This document shows positions 60,884-64,000 of a DNA stretch of 64,000 nt, piece after piece. This DNA is from Octopus sinensis. Lineage: Eukaryota. How positions within the stretch are numbered: position 1 is the first letter of the stretch; every line of letters starts with the position of its first letter. Both the position numbers and the translations under genes were made by a program. Where the stretch lies: assembly GCF_006345805.1 (NCBI RefSeq), contig NC_042997.1:93496001-93560000 (forward strand), given 5' to 3'. The notes below the pieces were generated by a model. It was given only the letters and a program-made list of their open reading frames with translations. It was not told the origin of the DNA and did no database searches.

Positions 60884-61750
60884 CTAGATGTTCAGTAATT
60901 TCTGTCGCAGAAAATTCCCTACGTATTAACTTAAAACCTGTTGTTCCTTCGTCGTTATTCCTTTCCCCAAAGATACCCTAAATTCCCTACGAAATATTTT
61001 CTCTCTCTCTTATTTATATTACGTTCTTCTCGAACCCCGAAGTTCCTAGATGTTCAGTAATTTCTGTTGCAGAAAATTCCCTACATATTAACTTAAAATC
61101 TGTTGTTCCTTCGTTGTTATTCCTTTCCCCAAAGATTCCCTAAATTCCCTACAAAATATTTTCTCTCTCTCTCTCTCTCTCTTATTTATATTACATTCTT
61201 CTCGAACCCCGAAGTTTCTAGATGTTCAGTAATTTCTGTTGCAGAAAATTCCTTACGAATTAAACCTGTTGTTCCTTAGCTTTCTCTCTCTCTTTCTTCC
61301 CCCCTCTCTCTTTCCTCATGCTGCCACCTGATAATCCCCCCCCCCAATCCCTAACTCTTTATAAAGCAGTGTTCGATTTATCTCGTCCCTCTTCTCGATT
61401 CTACATCTTGCTGACAAAACACTGACTCGAAAAATGACCAGCTAAGCGAATTTAACTTACAACCTGTCATTCATATTCATTTTTTAAGCGTTGATTCGTA
61501 ACTCTAAATCCCGTTTCTCTATTTATTTCGCCATCTTGTATGCATGGCTTCCTGTCTGTCATGCATTTTAAATTCCTCCTTTAATTTCAGTGTCATCCCG
61601 TTATTATTCCATTCCCAGAATTCACTACAATATTCTCTCTCTCTCCTATTTATATTATGTTTTACTCGAACCCCGAAGTTCTAGATGTTCAGTAATTTCT
61701 GTCGCAGAAAATTCCTACGTATTAACTTAAACCTGTTGTTCTTCGAGGTG
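60884..61750 (+). repeat. ~162-bp minisatellite, four complete or partial units
   Basis: CTAGATGTTCAGTAATTTCTGT starts at 60884, 61046, 61218 and 61681. Confidence 0.85.
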
Positions 61751-61919
61751 AACCCGCCTCCCACCCAATCAGCAGAACCGGAAGTTTCTGTTTTCTATCT
61801 TTCTTGACCCCCCCCCCGCACCCCTATGTAGGGTTTATTGTGATCATATAGCGCAAAAACTGTGAAATTATGCAGGTTGTAGTCTAGAGTCAGTATGATA
61901 TCTGGCAATGCAAGCTTTC

Positions 61920-64000
61920 TTTTCAGGTACATAACACCGCTGTCCCTCATCCCAGGGTCTCAGAGGCCCACACCTCCCACACCCTCAGGGTGGGCACCCT
62001 CAACGTTGGCACATTGAAAGGTAGGTCTGGCGAGATAGTCGAGATGCTTGAACGGAGACGTGTTGATGTATGTTGTATGCAAGAAATAAGGTGGAGAGGA
62101 GGATCTGCTAGGGTCCTCACAGGCAAGGAACACAGGTACAAGATTTTCTGGGCGGGGAACACTGATGGGGTTGGTGGCGTGGGTATACTTATCGCTGAGA
62201 AATGGATAGATAGAGTAATTGAGGTAATCAGAGTAAGTGACAGAATACTTAAGATTAGAATAGTGCTTCATAATAGATTAGCAACCATTATATCAGCCAT
62301 GGCTACCCGCCATGGACAGAAAGACAGTTTCTATGACACCCTACTGCAGACCACCTCATGACAACGACAGGGACCTTCTCTTTGTGGCTGGTGATTTCAA
62401 TGGGCATGTTGGACGACATGCTGGGGGCTTCCATGGCGTACATGGAGGCTACGGTTATGGTTCCCGCAACGAGGAGGGAACCAGGCTGCTGGAGTTCTGT
62501 GATGCGAATAGTCTTATGGTCTGCAACACTAACTTCAGGAAACCAACAAGCCACCTGGTCACCTACCGATCGGGCCGGCATACTAGCCAAATCGACTACA
62601 TCCTTGCCAGAAAAAGTGAAAGATGGCTGCTTATAAATGCCAAAACCTTCCCAGGCGAAGAATGCACCCCACAACATAGACTGGTAGTTAGTGACTTTAG
62701 GATCAGGACTAAGAGGGCGACTAGAAGACGACCAACATGGAGAAGAAGGGTCTGGAAGCTTAAAGACCCTGCGAATGGACAGAGATTTAGAGATGTTACT
62801 TGAAGCCTTTGACGAAGTGGAAGGGGGTATAGCTACACATGGGGTAGAAGACAACTGGACGTTTCTGAGGGACAACCTGCTGAAAGCCGCTGACCAGATC
62901 TGTGGCTGGTGCAAAGTCCCCTTAAGACCCAAAATAACGTGGTGGTGGAACAATATTGTTGACAGGGCTATTAGACAAAAGAAACAGGCTTGGAAGGCCT
63001 GGAAGAACGGTGGTAGCAGGGAAGGGTATCAGACTGCCAGAAGGGAAGCTAGGAGACAGGTCTATCTAGCCAGAGGGGAAGCAGATAAGAGAAATTTGCC
63101 AATGTCCTGCGCCGTGAGGATGAAAGACTTGAGGTATTTCGTGTTGCAAGACAGTGTGTGAGAGAGAATCGTGATGTGGTAGGAGAGAAATGTGTTCGCA
63201 TGGAGGATGGTTCACTTGCGCTAAATGAGGATGCAAAGAGAGAAGCTTGGAGACGCCACTATGAAAGGTTGCTGATAATGAGGAAAATGAATGGGATAAG
63301 AGAGAGTCTGCCGAATGTTGACCCTACAGAGGGACCAGCTATCCGAGTTGATAGTTCCGTGGTAGCTAAGGCAATTAGAAGCATGAAGACAGGGAAAGCC
63401 CCAGGCCCATCAGGATTACTGCAGAGATGCTCAAAATATCTGGCAGTGTCGGCTATAACCTAGTCACCGTATAGTCAACCAGGTGATACACGAAGGAGTC
63501 ATACCCAATGACTGGTGCAGCAGCATACTAGTCAACTGCTACAAAGGTAAAGGTGATGCCCTAGATACAAATAATTACAGAGGTATCAAGCTGTTGGATC
63601 AAGTAATGAAGGTTACGGAGAGGGTCATAGCCCAACTAATTAGAGAGAGAGTTAGTTTAGATGAGATGCAGTTTGGGTTCGTGCCAGGGAAAAGTACCAC
63701 TGATGCTATATTCCTGGTAAGGCAGCTGCAGGAGAAATACCTAGCCAAAGATAAGCCCCTGTACCTGGCTTTTGTTGACATGGAGAAAGCTTTTGATAGG
63801 GTCCCCCGATCCCTTATTGGTGGTCAATGAGGAAAACTAGGGATAGATGAATGGCTGGTGAGGACTGTGCAAGCCATGTACAGAGATGCCGTAAGTAAGG
63901 TTAGGGTTGGCAACATGTACACAGAAGAATTCAAAGTAGAGGTTGGGGTCCACCAGGGTTCAGTACTCAGCCCCCTCCTATTTATCATAGTGCTCCAGGC
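61920..64000 (+). mobile_element. RTE-clade LINE, 5' part (APE and RT start), multiply frameshifted, runs off the window
   Basis: VGTLNVGTLKGRSGE...QEIRW, GDFNGHVG, SQIDYIL, QHRLVV, GKAPGP, NYRGIKLL, QFGFVPGKSTTDAIF, FVDMEKAFDRVPR, VGVHQGSVLSPLLF. Confidence 0.93.

Noticed and set aside
60884-61750. CRISPR-like array or Helitron end
   Set aside because: Eukaryotic context, units are tandem without unique spacers, and the CTAG is not in the hairpin-CTAG|T arrangement.
61920-64000. Active RTE element, or programmed frameshifts within it
   Set aside because: Many scattered indels with no slippery context; ordinary decay or consensus error, and incomplete in this window.

Overview
AT-rich, microsatellite-dense animal genomic DNA. 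The SINE/LINE repertoire points to an octopus (coleoid cephalopod); this is recalled by pattern, not by search. Bases 1.8-43.6 kb carry the 3' 34 coding exons of one large ABCA-subfamily lipid transporter gene on the + strand (ABCA12/13-like). All introns are GT-AG, splice phases chain without a break (4937 nt, about 1644 aa to TAA at 43626-43628), and both ATPase domains are intact; the 5' part lies outside the window. Introns and the 3' flank hold tRNA-derived SINEs, RTE, CR1/L2-type and R4/Dong-type LINE pieces, mariner/Tc1 relics and MITEs, two Helitron-like elements and several foldback hairpins. The most notable observation is a full-length U6 snRNA copy fused to the 5' end of a SINE inside one target-site duplication, with the same U6-SINE junction at a second copy that has a different tail. 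Also notable is a near-complete LINE whose ORF1 has a Myb/SANT-like domain plus a CCCH finger, whose AUG-less ORF2 is reachable through an in-frame slippery heptamer, and whose 3' end matches the tail of a local SINE family.
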